DNA of 64,000 nt from the NCBI GenBank assembly GCA_038145765.1, contig JAYQQG010000001.1, positions 2,081 to 66,080 of the forward strand, read 5' to 3'. Shown piece after piece: positions 50,159 through 59,763 of the stretch (position 1 is the first letter of the stretch; every line of letters begins with the position of its first letter). The notes beneath the pieces were generated by a model. That model saw nothing but the letters and a program-made list of their open reading frames with translations. It was not told the origin of the DNA and made no database searches. This stretch comes from Verrucomicrobiales bacterium. Its GTDB lineage: Bacteria > Verrucomicrobiota > Verrucomicrobiia > Limisphaerales > UBA1100. The translations under genes and the position numbers were made by a program.

Positions 50159-50207
50159 GACAAAAATGGTGAAATAATTGGCTAAACTTGTCAAATTTTG
50201 ACAATCT

Positions 50208-50687
50208 TCACTCCTCCCCTTCAAAATAATCCTTCGACTCCGAGCCAATCAGCCGTTTGTCCGGTAGGGCGACGAGCCATTTGTTACTGTCGGGATAATG
50301 GCAATGCTCGCCGATGGGGTTGTCGGCCACGATGTAAAAGACGAGGTCGGCGTCGCTGTCGTTAATGATCTGGTGCGCCTCGCCAGGCTTGAAAATAAAC
50401 GCGTCGCCTTCTTTCACCGGCGTGTTGCCAGCCTCATCGCGCACCGTGCCGCTGCCGCGGATCACGTGGTAAAACTCCCACTGCGCACTGTGCGAATGGT
50501 ACGGGCACATCTTTTTGCCGGCGGGAATGGTGCAGATCTCCACGTCAAACGGATGCCGCTTTTCGAGATCGGTAGAATCCCCTTCCCGCCCGAGCGCGTG
50601 CGAGAGGTTGATGTCCCGCATCGCATACACGCCCTTGGGCGATTCGAATTGAGTCTGCTCAACTTCGCTGGTGTGGACCTTCTTCAT
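50208..50687 (-). CDS. Cupin-domain protein
   Basis: 159 aa with cupin motifs YHSHSAQWEFYHVIRGSG and GDAFIFKPGEAHQIIN. Confidence 0.75.
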   Translation of the reverse strand: MKKVHTSEVEQTQFESPKGVYAMRDINLSHALGREGDSTDLEKRHPFDVEICTIPAGKKMCPYHSHSAQWEFYHVIRGSGTVRDEAGNTPVKEGDAFIFKPGEAHQIINDSDADLVFYIVADNPIGEHCHYPDSNKWLVALPDKRLIGSESKDYFEGEE

Positions 50688-51205
50688 TTGACCGGCCCGA
50701 TCAGTTCCACAAAGTTGCCGTCCGGATCATGAAACACCGTGATGCGCAGTTGGCCGCCGAGCGAGGCGGGCGTTTGGCCGAGCAGTTTTACTTTGGCCTT
50801 TTTCAACCGCACCAACGCCGCGTCCATGTCTGCCACACGCAGGGTAAGGTAGCTCAGGCCGAGCGTGGAGTGGATGTATTTTTGGTCCGGTGCCACCCCG
50901 GGCCGCTGGGGAAACGACATGATCTTCAACCGCGTGGAATTCGGCGCATCGCCCAGCACGAACACCCGCACCTTGGCCGGTTGATTATCCGTGAGGCCGA
51001 ACGCCTTCGCCTTTTCCGCCGGCGCCTCAAAGCCCTTCACCTCCTTGAGCCCCACCACCTCGGTGTAAAACCGGGCGGTCTTTTCAACGTCCTTGGCGAC
51101 CATGCCGATATCCACCACGCCACTGGCGAACTTGGCCGGCTCGGCGGCGTTGAGGATGGAAAGAGACAAGACAGTAACGAGAATAGAAACGATGCGTGCT
51201 TGCAT
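50684..51205 (-). CDS. VOC (glyoxalase/bleomycin-resistance/dioxygenase) family protein, secreted
   Basis: 173 aa with a signal peptide. The pattern VDIGMVAKDVEKTARFYTEVVGL...LSYLTLRVADMDAAL...FHDPDGNFVELI is typical of the VOC fold. Confidence 0.75.
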   Translation of the reverse strand: MQARIVSILVTVLSLSILNAAEPAKFASGVVDIGMVAKDVEKTARFYTEVVGLKEVKGFEAPAEKAKAFGLTDNQPAKVRVFVLGDAPNSTRLKIMSFPQRPGVAPDQKYIHSTLGLSYLTLRVADMDAALVRLKKAKVKLLGQTPASLGGQLRITVFHDPDGNFVELIGPVK

Positions 51206-51240
51206 GCCGCAGCCTAGGCCGGTCGCGGGAGAAGTTCAAT

Positions 51241-54200
51241 TTACTTTGCCAGCAGGTACGCCAGCAGCGCGGCGAAATCCTTCTCCAGCAGGGCCGCTCC
51301 GAGCGCGGCGGGCATGAGCGACTGCGCGGTTTGTGTGCGGCTCACGATGGCGGCCTTGGGCACGGTGGTTTCCTTGCCGGTCACATCGGCAAACACGATC
51401 GCCTGCCCGACCGCGCGGCGTTGCAGGGCCAGCAGGGTCCGGCCGTCTTTGAGCTTCACCGTGCTGTAACGGAAGGTTGGATCCACATTGCGATGTGGAT
51501 CCAAAATATCCTCTGCCACCCGCTCCGCGCCGCGACTGCCCAAGCCATCCAGCTGCGGGCCGATATTGCCGCCCTGCCCGCCCTTGGCGTGGCACACGAC
51601 GCAGGCGGCTTTGAACACCGCCGCACCGCGGATCGCATCACCGCCCTGTTCACGATAAAACGCCAGCCGTCCGGCGATCAATTTTGCTGTATCCGGCGAA
51701 GCGGCTTGAAGACCGCGCGTCAGGATCGCCACGCGCGGCAGCATGCCTTCGGGCAGACGCAATCCCACTTCATTATCCAACAACAACTGTGCCGGCACGC
51801 GCCCCTTTTCTGCAGCGTCCAGCAACGCCCGCGCGCCGTGGGCATGATCCGCGATTGCCCGGGCGAATCGCACCTGCTCTCCCGCGGGAGCCGCCGCCAA
51901 CGCCGTGAGCACATCGGCATGCAATGCCCGAACCGACGCCGCTGCTGACACCAACGCTTCCCGCAACCCCAGCGATTCCCGCCGGTCTTTCAGCAACGCG
52001 GCCACCACCGGCGCCACGCGAATGGGATCCGCCAAGGCCACATAGGCGCGCGCCGCGTTTATGCGGGCCGCACCGCCGGCACGCCGGTTTAGCAGCACGG
52101 TGCGCAGTTGCGGATGCAGTCGGTTCAATTTCAAGTCGCCCGCCAAAGCTGCGCCCGTGGCTAGGCGACCGGAAATGGCGCGCGCCGTTTTCAATTCCAG
52201 TTCCGGCAAGGCCGGCTCGAACCGGCCAAAGGCCAACCACGCATAGGCACCCGCCGGGTCGCCGTCCACCGCCTCCAGTATCACCTCGCGTCCGCGTTCC
52301 TTTTCAAATTGCCAAACCACCCGCCGCGCCGTGTCATGCCGCGGCGGATGCACTTCACGCAACACCGCGCCCGTGCGGGCATCCAACAGGCGCACCCGGT
52401 TCAGGCGATTGTCCGGCTTGCCCGGATACCCGTGATGCCCGCACAGATAAAACGACAATTGCGCCGGCAACTTGAATGGCGCCGACTGCAACCGGCCGGT
52501 TAGTTTTTCTCCATGCGGATGGCTGGACATCAACCGCGCCTCCCGCCCGTCCTCGCAACGGCGCGTTTGCCAATCCCACGGATCCGCCGTCGCCTTGGGC
52601 AACGGCACGTTCACCCAAGGTGTCCGGCTTGCGGCATCGGCCAGCAAACGCGTGGCCAAGCGTCCGCCCCAATCAATCATGGGCGCTTCCACCGGCAGCC
52701 CGCGTTCGCGTAGGCCATCGCGCACGGACTGAAACAAGGCGGCTTGCTGTTCGAGATCCTCCGGCCATGTCTGTTCCACCAGAGCCGCCAGTCGTTCCGC
52801 TTGCCCGGATGGCGCGTGAGCAGCGATGTGTTTAATGGCGGCCTCACGATCCCCTTTCACCCGGCTCCAATGTTTCAACAGAAAATCCGCCGACGCCGCA
52901 TTGCCTACGCCGAGAGCAATCTCGAGCACCAAATCCACCTCCGGCAGGGACAGCTTCGCCGCTTGCAACTGGGCAAACGCGTCTTTCGTTTGCAGATGAT
53001 TCCGCAAGGCTATGCGCAGCGTGTGAACGAGATGATCGTCCGGCCCGCGTTGGCCGGTTACCTGCACGGAATCGATCACCGCCACCTGATGCAAGGCACC
53101 CAACACCGGCTGCAGTTGGGTGGCATGCGGACGGGCGCCCAGCGTCTCCGCTGCCACACGCCGAACCTGCGCGTTTTTGGCTTTTAACGAGTTGAGCAAC
53201 CACTGTTTCTGCGTCGCACTCCAGTGGGGCCGGGCGGCCAGCAAGCGGGCTGCGTGAATTTGTTCCAGCTCCGTTCGGCCGCCGGCCAATTTTTGCCAAT
53301 CGGAATCCGTCAACGCATTGAGCCGTTGCAAAGCCCACGCGGCAAACGGTGCCGCTGCCGGGTGGGCCAGTTGTTCGCGAAGCGCCTGTACGGCGGGTTG
53401 CCCCACGCGATCCGCCAAGTGATTCATCGCCAGTAAACGACCGGTGAGATTGCCTGTGCCCAAGGCCGCGGCGGTCTTGGCCGAGGAACTGAGATCCAGC
53501 GGAGCATGCGGTTTGCCGGGCGGCACGATGCGCCAGATGCGGCCGCGGGTGCGGTCGCGCCCGGGATGGTTCAGGTCCACCTCATAATGGCCGATGATGC
53601 GGTTGTAAAAATCAGCCACGTACAACGCGCCATCCGGCCCGAGCTGGAGGTCCACCGGGCGAAACCACGGGTCCGTGGTCTTGAGAAAATCCGCGGCCTC
53701 GCGCCCTTTCGGACTGCTGCCGTGATAGGCAATTTCATCGCGGTTGATCCGACTGGTCATCACGTTGCCCACGAGGATATTGCCGCGGTACTTGGCCGGC
53801 CACCGCGGGTCATCAATCAAAGTGATCCCGCAAATGGCCGTGGAACCGTGCGTGTGCGTAATCGTGGTCGGCGCAAAATCCAGTCCGTCGTGCGGTTTGC
53901 CAAAGCTCGGATAATATCCACCGCGAACGAGCTGATAAATCGGTGAACTATGACAGTCGGCCGTGTAAAAATATCCGCGTGCATCCAGATGCATGCCGAA
54001 GGGATTCACCTGCCCCCACGTGAACTGCTCCACGCGCGTGCCGTCCGGCCGAATGCGGTAGGTATTGCCAGACTGAAGCTCGATGTGGCTGCCATCACGC
54101 CCGCGCACCGTGGTGTGGTTGTTGAACCCGTGCGTGACGTGCAGCCAGCCATCGAATCCGCGGGTGAAGCTTGAGTGCATGCCGTGCGTGTCGCGTTCGA

Positions 54201-54678
54201 AGCCGAGGGGGCCGTAAAGCTTCTCGCGCCGATCCGCTCGTCCGTCGCCATCGGTGTCGCGCAGAAGCCAGATATTCGGGATGCTCCAGACGATCGCGCC
54301 ATCGCGATACGGATACACGCCGGTCGGGATGTTTAGCCCGTCGGCAAACGTCGTCACCTTATCGGCGCGGCCGTCGCCATCGGTATCCTCCAGCACTTTG
54401 ACCGAGTCGCGCCCCTTCGTGCCCGGTTTGGCGGGGAACGGATATTCCACCGTCGAGGTCACCCACAACCGCCCGCGCGCATCGAACGCCATATTCATCG
54501 GCTTGTTGATCTGCGGTTCGGCCGCAAACAACTCCACCCGAAACCCTTCCGGGACCGTAAACGTCTTCGCCTCTGCCGCCGGCGACAATGGATCCGTGGT
54601 CCGCACCCCCGCGGCAAATGGGTCCTCGGCAGCCGCGCCGCAGAAGGAAACGAGCATGAAAAGGAATCCGCACCGCAT
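51241..54678 (-). CDS. PVC-type heme-binding CxxCH protein: membrane-bound-dehydrogenase-like beta-propeller + HEAT-like repeats + C-terminal cytochrome c
   Basis: 1145 aa. The N-terminus has FTVPEGFRVELFAAEPQINKPMNMAFDARGRLWV...DTDGDGRADK, followed by a long helical repeat region. The C-terminus has CVVCHAKGGQGGNIGPQLDG...DILDP. Confidence 0.85.
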   Translation of the reverse strand: MRCGFLFMLVSFCGAAAEDPFAAGVRTTDPLSPAAEAKTFTVPEGFRVELFAAEPQINKPMNMAFDARGRLWVTSTVEYPFPAKPGTKGRDSVKVLEDTDGDGRADKVTTFADGLNIPTGVYPYRDGAIVWSIPNIWLLRDTDGDGRADRREKLYGPLGFERDTHGMHSSFTRGFDGWLHVTHGFNNHTTVRGRDGSHIELQSGNTYRIRPDGTRVEQFTWGQVNPFGMHLDARGYFYTADCHSSPIYQLVRGGYYPSFGKPHDGLDFAPTTITHTHGSTAICGITLIDDPRWPAKYRGNILVGNVMTSRINRDEIAYHGSSPKGREAADFLKTTDPWFRPVDLQLGPDGALYVADFYNRIIGHYEVDLNHPGRDRTRGRIWRIVPPGKPHAPLDLSSSAKTAAALGTGNLTGRLLAMNHLADRVGQPAVQALREQLAHPAAAPFAAWALQRLNALTDSDWQKLAGGRTELEQIHAARLLAARPHWSATQKQWLLNSLKAKNAQVRRVAAETLGARPHATQLQPVLGALHQVAVIDSVQVTGQRGPDDHLVHTLRIALRNHLQTKDAFAQLQAAKLSLPEVDLVLEIALGVGNAASADFLLKHWSRVKGDREAAIKHIAAHAPSGQAERLAALVEQTWPEDLEQQAALFQSVRDGLRERGLPVEAPMIDWGGRLATRLLADAASRTPWVNVPLPKATADPWDWQTRRCEDGREARLMSSHPHGEKLTGRLQSAPFKLPAQLSFYLCGHHGYPGKPDNRLNRVRLLDARTGAVLREVHPPRHDTARRVVWQFEKERGREVILEAVDGDPAGAYAWLAFGRFEPALPELELKTARAISGRLATGAALAGDLKLNRLHPQLRTVLLNRRAGGAARINAARAYVALADPIRVAPVVAALLKDRRESLGLREALVSAAASVRALHADVLTALAAAPAGEQVRFARAIADHAHGARALLDAAEKGRVPAQLLLDNEVGLRLPEGMLPRVAILTRGLQAASPDTAKLIAGRLAFYREQGGDAIRGAAVFKAACVVCHAKGGQGGNIGPQLDGLGSRGAERVAEDILDPHRNVDPTFRYSTVKLKDGRTLLALQRRAVGQAIVFADVTGKETTVPKAAIVSRTQTAQSLMPAALGAALLEKDFAALLAYLLAK

Positions 54679-54766
54679 CCCCCATTATGCAGCGGCCAAC
54701 TGAGACTGCCAATCCAATCCTTCGGCAAACATTGCACCCAGAGATCAATCCGTTAAACTAGGGGCC

Positions 54767-57349
54767 ATGAAACCCGTTCCTGCACTCGCATGTCTGCTGG
54801 CACTCACCCTTGCTTTGCCGGCAGCAGACATGCGCGTGCAGTCTGGCGTGCTGGCGGTGTATGACTTCGGCTCGGCGGAAGGCGCGGTGGTCCGAGATCA
54901 ATCAGGCGTGAAACCGGCGCTCGACCTGCGCATCGATCAACCGGCCAATGTGCGGCGCACCGCAGGCACCCTGGAAATTCATCGGGCCACCGGCATCCGC
55001 TCCACGCAACCGGCCACCAAGATCCTGAACGCCGTGCGCCGTTCCAATTCCATCACCCTGGAGGTGTGGTTTCGCCCCGCCAACCTCAAGCAGGAAGGAC
55101 CGGCGCGGTTGATTACCATTTCCGGCGATACCTCCTCCCGCAACGTCACGTTGGGTCAGGAGAAAACGGCGCTGCAAGGCCGGCTGCGCACCACGCGCGC
55201 CACCAACAACGGCATGCCCGCCATTGAAACTGGCCGCGTGCTCAAGGCCGCCCTCACCCACGCCGTGTTCACCCGGGACTCCACCGGCAAGGCGCGCGTT
55301 TACCTAAATGGCCAGCTCGCCAAGGAGCAATCGTTGCCGGGCATGATCAGCAACTGGGACGCGCGCTATCGGCTCGCCTTGGGCAATGAATTTTCCGGCG
55401 ACCGCCCGTGGCTCGGCACCCTGCATCTGGTCGCCGTATACGGCCGGAGCCTCAATGCCGCGGAAGTGACGCAAAATTATAAGGCCGGCGCGAACGGCAA
55501 AGTGGATCCCGCAGTGCAACTGGCCAAGGCCAATGCGCGCTTGTTCGAAACCAAAATCGCTCCGCTGCTGGCCAAGCATTGCCTCGAATGCCACGACCCC
55601 GCCACGGCCAAGGGCGAATTGGATCTCTCGCAAAAAGCCACGGCCTTTGCCGAGGCCGACCTGATTGTGCCCGGTCGATCGGCCAAGAGTCTCGTTTGGG
55701 AAAGTGTTTTTAAAAATGAAATGCCGAAGAAACGGCCTGCGTTGTCGGCCGCTGAAAAGGCGCTGCTCAAACAGTGGATCGATGGCGGCGCCAAGTGGAC
55801 GCTTGCCCGCATCGATCCGGCCGTGTACGCGCATGGCCAACAGGCCGGCGTGAACTGGGTGCGGCGACTGACGCTGGCCGAATACATCGCCACCGTGCGC
55901 GCCGCCACCGGCGTGGACATCGCGGCCGACGCGCGTGCACTGTTGCCGGCGGACCTGCGGGCCGACGGTTTTTCCAACACCGCCTACAACCTGAATGTCG
56001 ACCTCAAGCACATCAACGCCTACGCGCAACTGGCCGGGCGCATTGTGAAGCGCATGGAGGTGCGGCCGTTCGCGCGGCGCTTTGGCGGCAATGGCAGTTT
56101 TACGGACAACAACATGCGCAGATTTATCGAACGGCTTGGGCGCTGGATGCTGCGCGGGCCGCTGGAGGAGCGCGAGGTGGATCTTTACCGCGGCATCACC
56201 ACCACCGTGGTGGCCAATGGCGGCAATTACGATGAGGCCGTGGCGCTGGTGATCGAGGCCATGCTGCAGTCGCCCCGCTTCATTTACCGAATGGAAAATC
56301 AACAGGCCGGCCGCGTCGGTCAGGCCGAGTTGGCGGTGCGTCTCAGCTACCTGATTTGGGGTGCACCGCCGGATCAGGCGTTATACGACGCCGCCGACCG
56401 CGGTCAATTGGCCAGCACGGATCAGCTGCGCACGCAAATTAACCGCATGCTTGAGGATCCGCGCGCGCCAACACGCTCGCTGCAGTTCGCTGCCGAATGG
56501 CTGAATCTCAATCACCTCGCCAACCTGCGCCCGGACAAAAAACATTTCCCCAACTGGCCCCCCGCACTGGCCGCCGACATGCGCGCGGAGACGGTGGCGT
56601 TTTTCAACGACATTGTCTGGAAACAAAACCGGCCGCTGTCTGACTTGTTAAACGCGCAGTTCACGCACCTCACACCGCAGCTGGCCAAGCATTACGGGCT
56701 GCCCGTGCCGGCGAACGCCGAAGGGATGGTGCGCTATGATCTGGCCAAGATCCCCGCACGCGGCGGCTTGCTCACGCACGGCAGCGTACTCACGCGCGGC
56801 GGCGATGACGCCTCGATGGTCACGCGCGGATTGTTTGTGATGCATGACCTGCTTCGCGGCGTGGTGAAGGATCCGCCGCCCTGCGTGGACACCACACCGG
56901 TGGCCAGCCAGCCCGGCCTGAGCCAGCGGCTCATCGCCGAGAAGCGCATTGCCAATGCCAATTGCGGCGGCTGCCACAGCAAGTTTGAACCGCTCGCCTT
57001 TGGGCTGGAACGCTTTGACGGGCTCGGTTCGTATTTTGAAAAGGACAACCACGGCAACCACCTGCGCGAGGACGGCCAGATCCTGTTTCCCGGCGCCGCC
57101 AAGCCCGTCGCCTATCGCACGTCGGCCGAGTTGATGGACCATCTTGCCGCCAGCGATCGCGTGCGACAGAGCATCACGTGGAAGCTCACGCAATTTGCGC
57201 TCGGCCGGCCATTGGGCGCACGCGATGCCCGCGCCGTGGAAACCATCCATCAGGCCGGCTGGCAAAACGCCGGGACTTATGCCAATCTCATCACGGGCAT
57301 CGCGCTGAGTGAATTGTTCCAGTCACAACCGCCGGAGACGAACGAATGA
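54767..57349 (+). CDS. LamG-like lectin domain + cytochrome c + DUF1587/DUF1592/DUF1595/DUF1588/DUF1585 protein
   Basis: 860 aa with a signal peptide and a LamG-like N-terminus (VYLNGQLAKEQ...WLGTLHLVAVYGRSLNAAEVTQNY). Other motifs are CLECHDPATAKGELDLS, LSYLIWGAPPD and CGGCHSKFEPLAFGLERFDGLG. Confidence 0.85.
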   Translation: MKPVPALACLLALTLALPAADMRVQSGVLAVYDFGSAEGAVVRDQSGVKPALDLRIDQPANVRRTAGTLEIHRATGIRSTQPATKILNAVRRSNSITLEVWFRPANLKQEGPARLITISGDTSSRNVTLGQEKTALQGRLRTTRATNNGMPAIETGRVLKAALTHAVFTRDSTGKARVYLNGQLAKEQSLPGMISNWDARYRLALGNEFSGDRPWLGTLHLVAVYGRSLNAAEVTQNYKAGANGKVDPAVQLAKANARLFETKIAPLLAKHCLECHDPATAKGELDLSQKATAFAEADLIVPGRSAKSLVWESVFKNEMPKKRPALSAAEKALLKQWIDGGAKWTLARIDPAVYAHGQQAGVNWVRRLTLAEYIATVRAATGVDIAADARALLPADLRADGFSNTAYNLNVDLKHINAYAQLAGRIVKRMEVRPFARRFGGNGSFTDNNMRRFIERLGRWMLRGPLEEREVDLYRGITTTVVANGGNYDEAVALVIEAMLQSPRFIYRMENQQAGRVGQAELAVRLSYLIWGAPPDQALYDAADRGQLASTDQLRTQINRMLEDPRAPTRSLQFAAEWLNLNHLANLRPDKKHFPNWPPALAADMRAETVAFFNDIVWKQNRPLSDLLNAQFTHLTPQLAKHYGLPVPANAEGMVRYDLAKIPARGGLLTHGSVLTRGGDDASMVTRGLFVMHDLLRGVVKDPPPCVDTTPVASQPGLSQRLIAEKRIANANCGGCHSKFEPLAFGLERFDGLGSYFEKDNHGNHLREDGQILFPGAAKPVAYRTSAELMDHLAASDRVRQSITWKLTQFALGRPLGARDARAVETIHQAGWQNAGTYANLITGIALSELFQSQPPETNE

Positions 57350-58761
57350 AGACCCACCTCAACCGCCGCGCCCTGCTCCAGGGGCTGGGAACTGTCAGCA
57401 TTGGTTTGCCGTTGCTGGAGGAAATGATCACCGCCAACGCGCTCGGCGCCGCGCCGGCCAAGGTGCCCGTGCGCGCGTTCAACGTGTTCTTCGGCCTCGG
57501 CATTCCCGCACCGCTGCAAAATGAGGGCTTCGACGACGTGTTTGAGCCGCTGCAGCCGCTCAGCAAAAAGCTGCTGATCATGCGCAATGTCGATCACGTG
57601 CGCTGCGATGTGCGCGGCATCAACGCCCACTTTGACGGCGCCACCGCGTCCTTCACCGCCCAACCCGCCGGCGGCGAAGCCAAGGCCGGCGGGCCGTCCA
57701 TCGACCAGATGGTCCGCCACGCGCATCATCCCAAGGGCCTGCCGACGGGCATGGTGCCCACGCTGGTGGCCGGCACATTTTTCCGCCGCAGCCGCGTGGG
57801 GCGGTATCACCACAGCTACACGCTCGACGGCACGGTTGCCGCGCGCATGCAGGAAAAACCGCGCGACCTCTTCGACCGCGTGTTCGGTACGCTGGCCAAT
57901 GCCAATGATGCCGATGCCCGCACGCAACGCCTCAAGCGCAGCGTGCTGGATTCGGTCGTCGATCAATACCGCTTTTACACCGGCCCCAATTCACCGCTCG
58001 GCACGGCGTCCAAGGGGCGCGTGAAGGATCATCTCGATCGCATTCGCGAATTCGAGCAACGCGCCTTTGCCCTGCCCCACAAGAACGGCCAAGGCCCCGC
58101 CCTGCCGCCGCGCTCGGTGATCCCGCACGGCGGCCCGGCCGATCCCGGCGGCGAAGGCATCGACATTACGCTCGAGGAACTCACCACCGAATGGCGGCTG
58201 CTCGCCGATCTCTACGCGCTGGCTATTGAGATGGATCGCGTGCGGTTTGGCTCGCTCACCTTTCTCGCCGCCGGCGAACGCATCCGGTTGACCGGCAAGT
58301 ACGAGTACAACGGCCGCACACGATATGAGTTTAATGATGCCGCCGAGCATCGCCGCAGCGGTTCCGGCGGTTGCAGCCACGAGTGGTGGCATCAGTTTAA
58401 CGAGAAACGTAACAACAAACAGCTGCGCGCCCATGTGCACATGAAGATGAACGAGATCGCCTACTTCATGAAACGGCTTGACGCCACCAAGGAAGCCAAC
58501 GGCCGCACCATTCTGGAGAATTCGCTCCTAACCATTTCCACCGAGTCCGGCGACGGCCGTCACAACGACGTGAGACGCGAGCTATCGGGCGTGTTCCACG
58601 CCGTCACCGGCGCCAACGGCCGCTTCCAGACCGGCCAAATCATGGACGTCAAAGCCGAAGGCCTCGACGTCTACAACACCATGCTCACCGCCATGGGCTC
58701 CAAGCAACACCTCGGCCCCGAGAAGCGCGAACACCGCGCAGTGGATAAAATTCGGGCATAA
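57346..58761 (+). CDS. DUF1552 family protein (usual partner of DUF1592 proteins)
   Basis: 471 aa with a Tat-like N-terminus LNRRALLQGLGTVSIGLPLLEEM. It overlaps the upstream gene by 4 nt, and its motif content fits DUF1552. Confidence 0.8.
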   Translation: MKTHLNRRALLQGLGTVSIGLPLLEEMITANALGAAPAKVPVRAFNVFFGLGIPAPLQNEGFDDVFEPLQPLSKKLLIMRNVDHVRCDVRGINAHFDGATASFTAQPAGGEAKAGGPSIDQMVRHAHHPKGLPTGMVPTLVAGTFFRRSRVGRYHHSYTLDGTVAARMQEKPRDLFDRVFGTLANANDADARTQRLKRSVLDSVVDQYRFYTGPNSPLGTASKGRVKDHLDRIREFEQRAFALPHKNGQGPALPPRSVIPHGGPADPGGEGIDITLEELTTEWRLLADLYALAIEMDRVRFGSLTFLAAGERIRLTGKYEYNGRTRYEFNDAAEHRRSGSGGCSHEWWHQFNEKRNNKQLRAHVHMKMNEIAYFMKRLDATKEANGRTILENSLLTISTESGDGRHNDVRRELSGVFHAVTGANGRFQTGQIMDVKAEGLDVYNTMLTAMGSKQHLGPEKREHRAVDKIRA

Positions 58762-58800
58762 AAAAACTGCCGGCGAATACGCCGGCAGCGCGATTGTTTT
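58761..58800. terminator. Bidirectional hairpin terminator between convergent genes
   Basis: The sequence is aaaaaa-CTGCCGGCG(58767-58775)-aata-CGCCGGCAG(58780-58788)-cgcgattgtttt, a perfect 9-bp GC-rich stem with A-run and T-run flanks. It lies between the DUF1552 stop and the bfr stop. Confidence 0.7.
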
Positions 58801-58809
58801 GATCGGTGG

Positions 58810-59295
58810 CTAATTCCCCTCGCCGCCACCGCCCATTTGCTGGGCGAGATAATTCTCCAAACCAGTCAGCTTGATAAGGTCCAGCTGCGCCTCGGCCCAG
58901 TCGATGCTTTGCTCGGACTCGACGACCATGCGCTCCATCAACTCGCGGCTCGCATTGTCTTTCACACTGGAACACAGCGCAACACCCTCATTGTAGGTCG
59001 CGGCGCCCTTGGTCTCCAGCGCCATGCCGATCTCGATCATTTCCTGCGGCGTCTTGCCCACGTTGATCACGTCGTAACGCGAGATCGCCGGCACCCCATC
59101 CAGAAACAGGATGCGGTCAATCACCTCATCAGCGTGTTTCATTTCCTCGATGGACTCCTTGTAATAGTAGCTGGCCAATTTGTTCAGGCCCCAGTTGCTG
59201 AGCATCTTGGAGTGGATGAAATAGGTGTTGATCGCCGTCAACTCAATGGTCAACCCCGCGTTCAACGCTTCGATAACTTGTTCGTTTCCTTTCAT
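58810..59295 (-). CDS. bfr: Bacterioferritin
   Basis: The start is MKGNEQVIEALNAGLTIELTAINTYFIHSKMLSNWGL at 59295. Ferroxidase-centre context is present (ESIEEMKHADEVIDRILFLDG, ...ESEQSIDWAE). Confidence 0.9.
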   Translation of the reverse strand: MKGNEQVIEALNAGLTIELTAINTYFIHSKMLSNWGLNKLASYYYKESIEEMKHADEVIDRILFLDGVPAISRYDVINVGKTPQEMIEIGMALETKGAATYNEGVALCSSVKDNASRELMERMVVESEQSIDWAEAQLDLIKLTGLENYLAQQMGGGGEGN

Positions 59296-59389
59296 ATTAA
59301 AATCCTTTCGTCGTAAAGTGACTATAAGCACACGCAACACACACCGTTAACCTAACACATTTAGGAGCGTTGAAAAAAACGTTTTGTTT

Positions 59390-59406
59390 GCTAACGAGAC
59401 TCAGTC
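59390..59406. promoter_or_regulatory. 17-nt motif (reverse complement GACTGAGTCTCGTTAGC), candidate operator between bfd and bfr
   Basis: It matches 15 of 17 positions of the inverted copy at 59764-59780. The core GACTGAGTC is itself palindromic. Confidence 0.3.
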
Positions 59407-59418
59407 CCAGCATCGCCC

Positions 59419-59706
59419 TTACGCCGCCTGACAATGACAAAGCGTCTTGATGTGGCCGCAACCCGGGCAAAAGGCGCAGGGTCCGCACTCGGCGGGGAGT
59501 CCGGCGATCAGCCGCTGGATGCGGCACTGGCAACTGCCGCAACCACTGCCGGCGCAGGTCAAACGCGTGACCTCGCTAATGGTCTCCGCATCACCGTCAT
59601 TGATGGCCGTGAGAATGGTGGATGCCTTGACCTGATAGCAGTCGCAAATCAGCGTGTCCGCCGACTGCGTCCGCACCTGCTCGGGCATGTCCAAAGTTTT
59701 AGCCAT
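59419..59706 (-). CDS. bfd: Bacterioferritin-associated ferredoxin (BFD-like [2Fe-2S] domain) with a Cys/His-rich C-terminal extension
   Basis: The start is MAKTLDM at 59706. The BFD pattern is ICDCYQV...TCAGSGCGSCQCRI, followed by the tail ECGPCAFCPGCGHIKTLCHCQAA. Confidence 0.75.
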   Translation of the reverse strand: MAKTLDMPEQVRTQSADTLICDCYQVKASTILTAINDGDAETISEVTRLTCAGSGCGSCQCRIQRLIAGLPAECGPCAFCPGCGHIKTLCHCQAA

Positions 59707-59763
59707 TGCGTGAAAGCGCACCCTTCTTCGGCCAAAAAAGCCCCGGGCGCAAGCTATTTTTGA

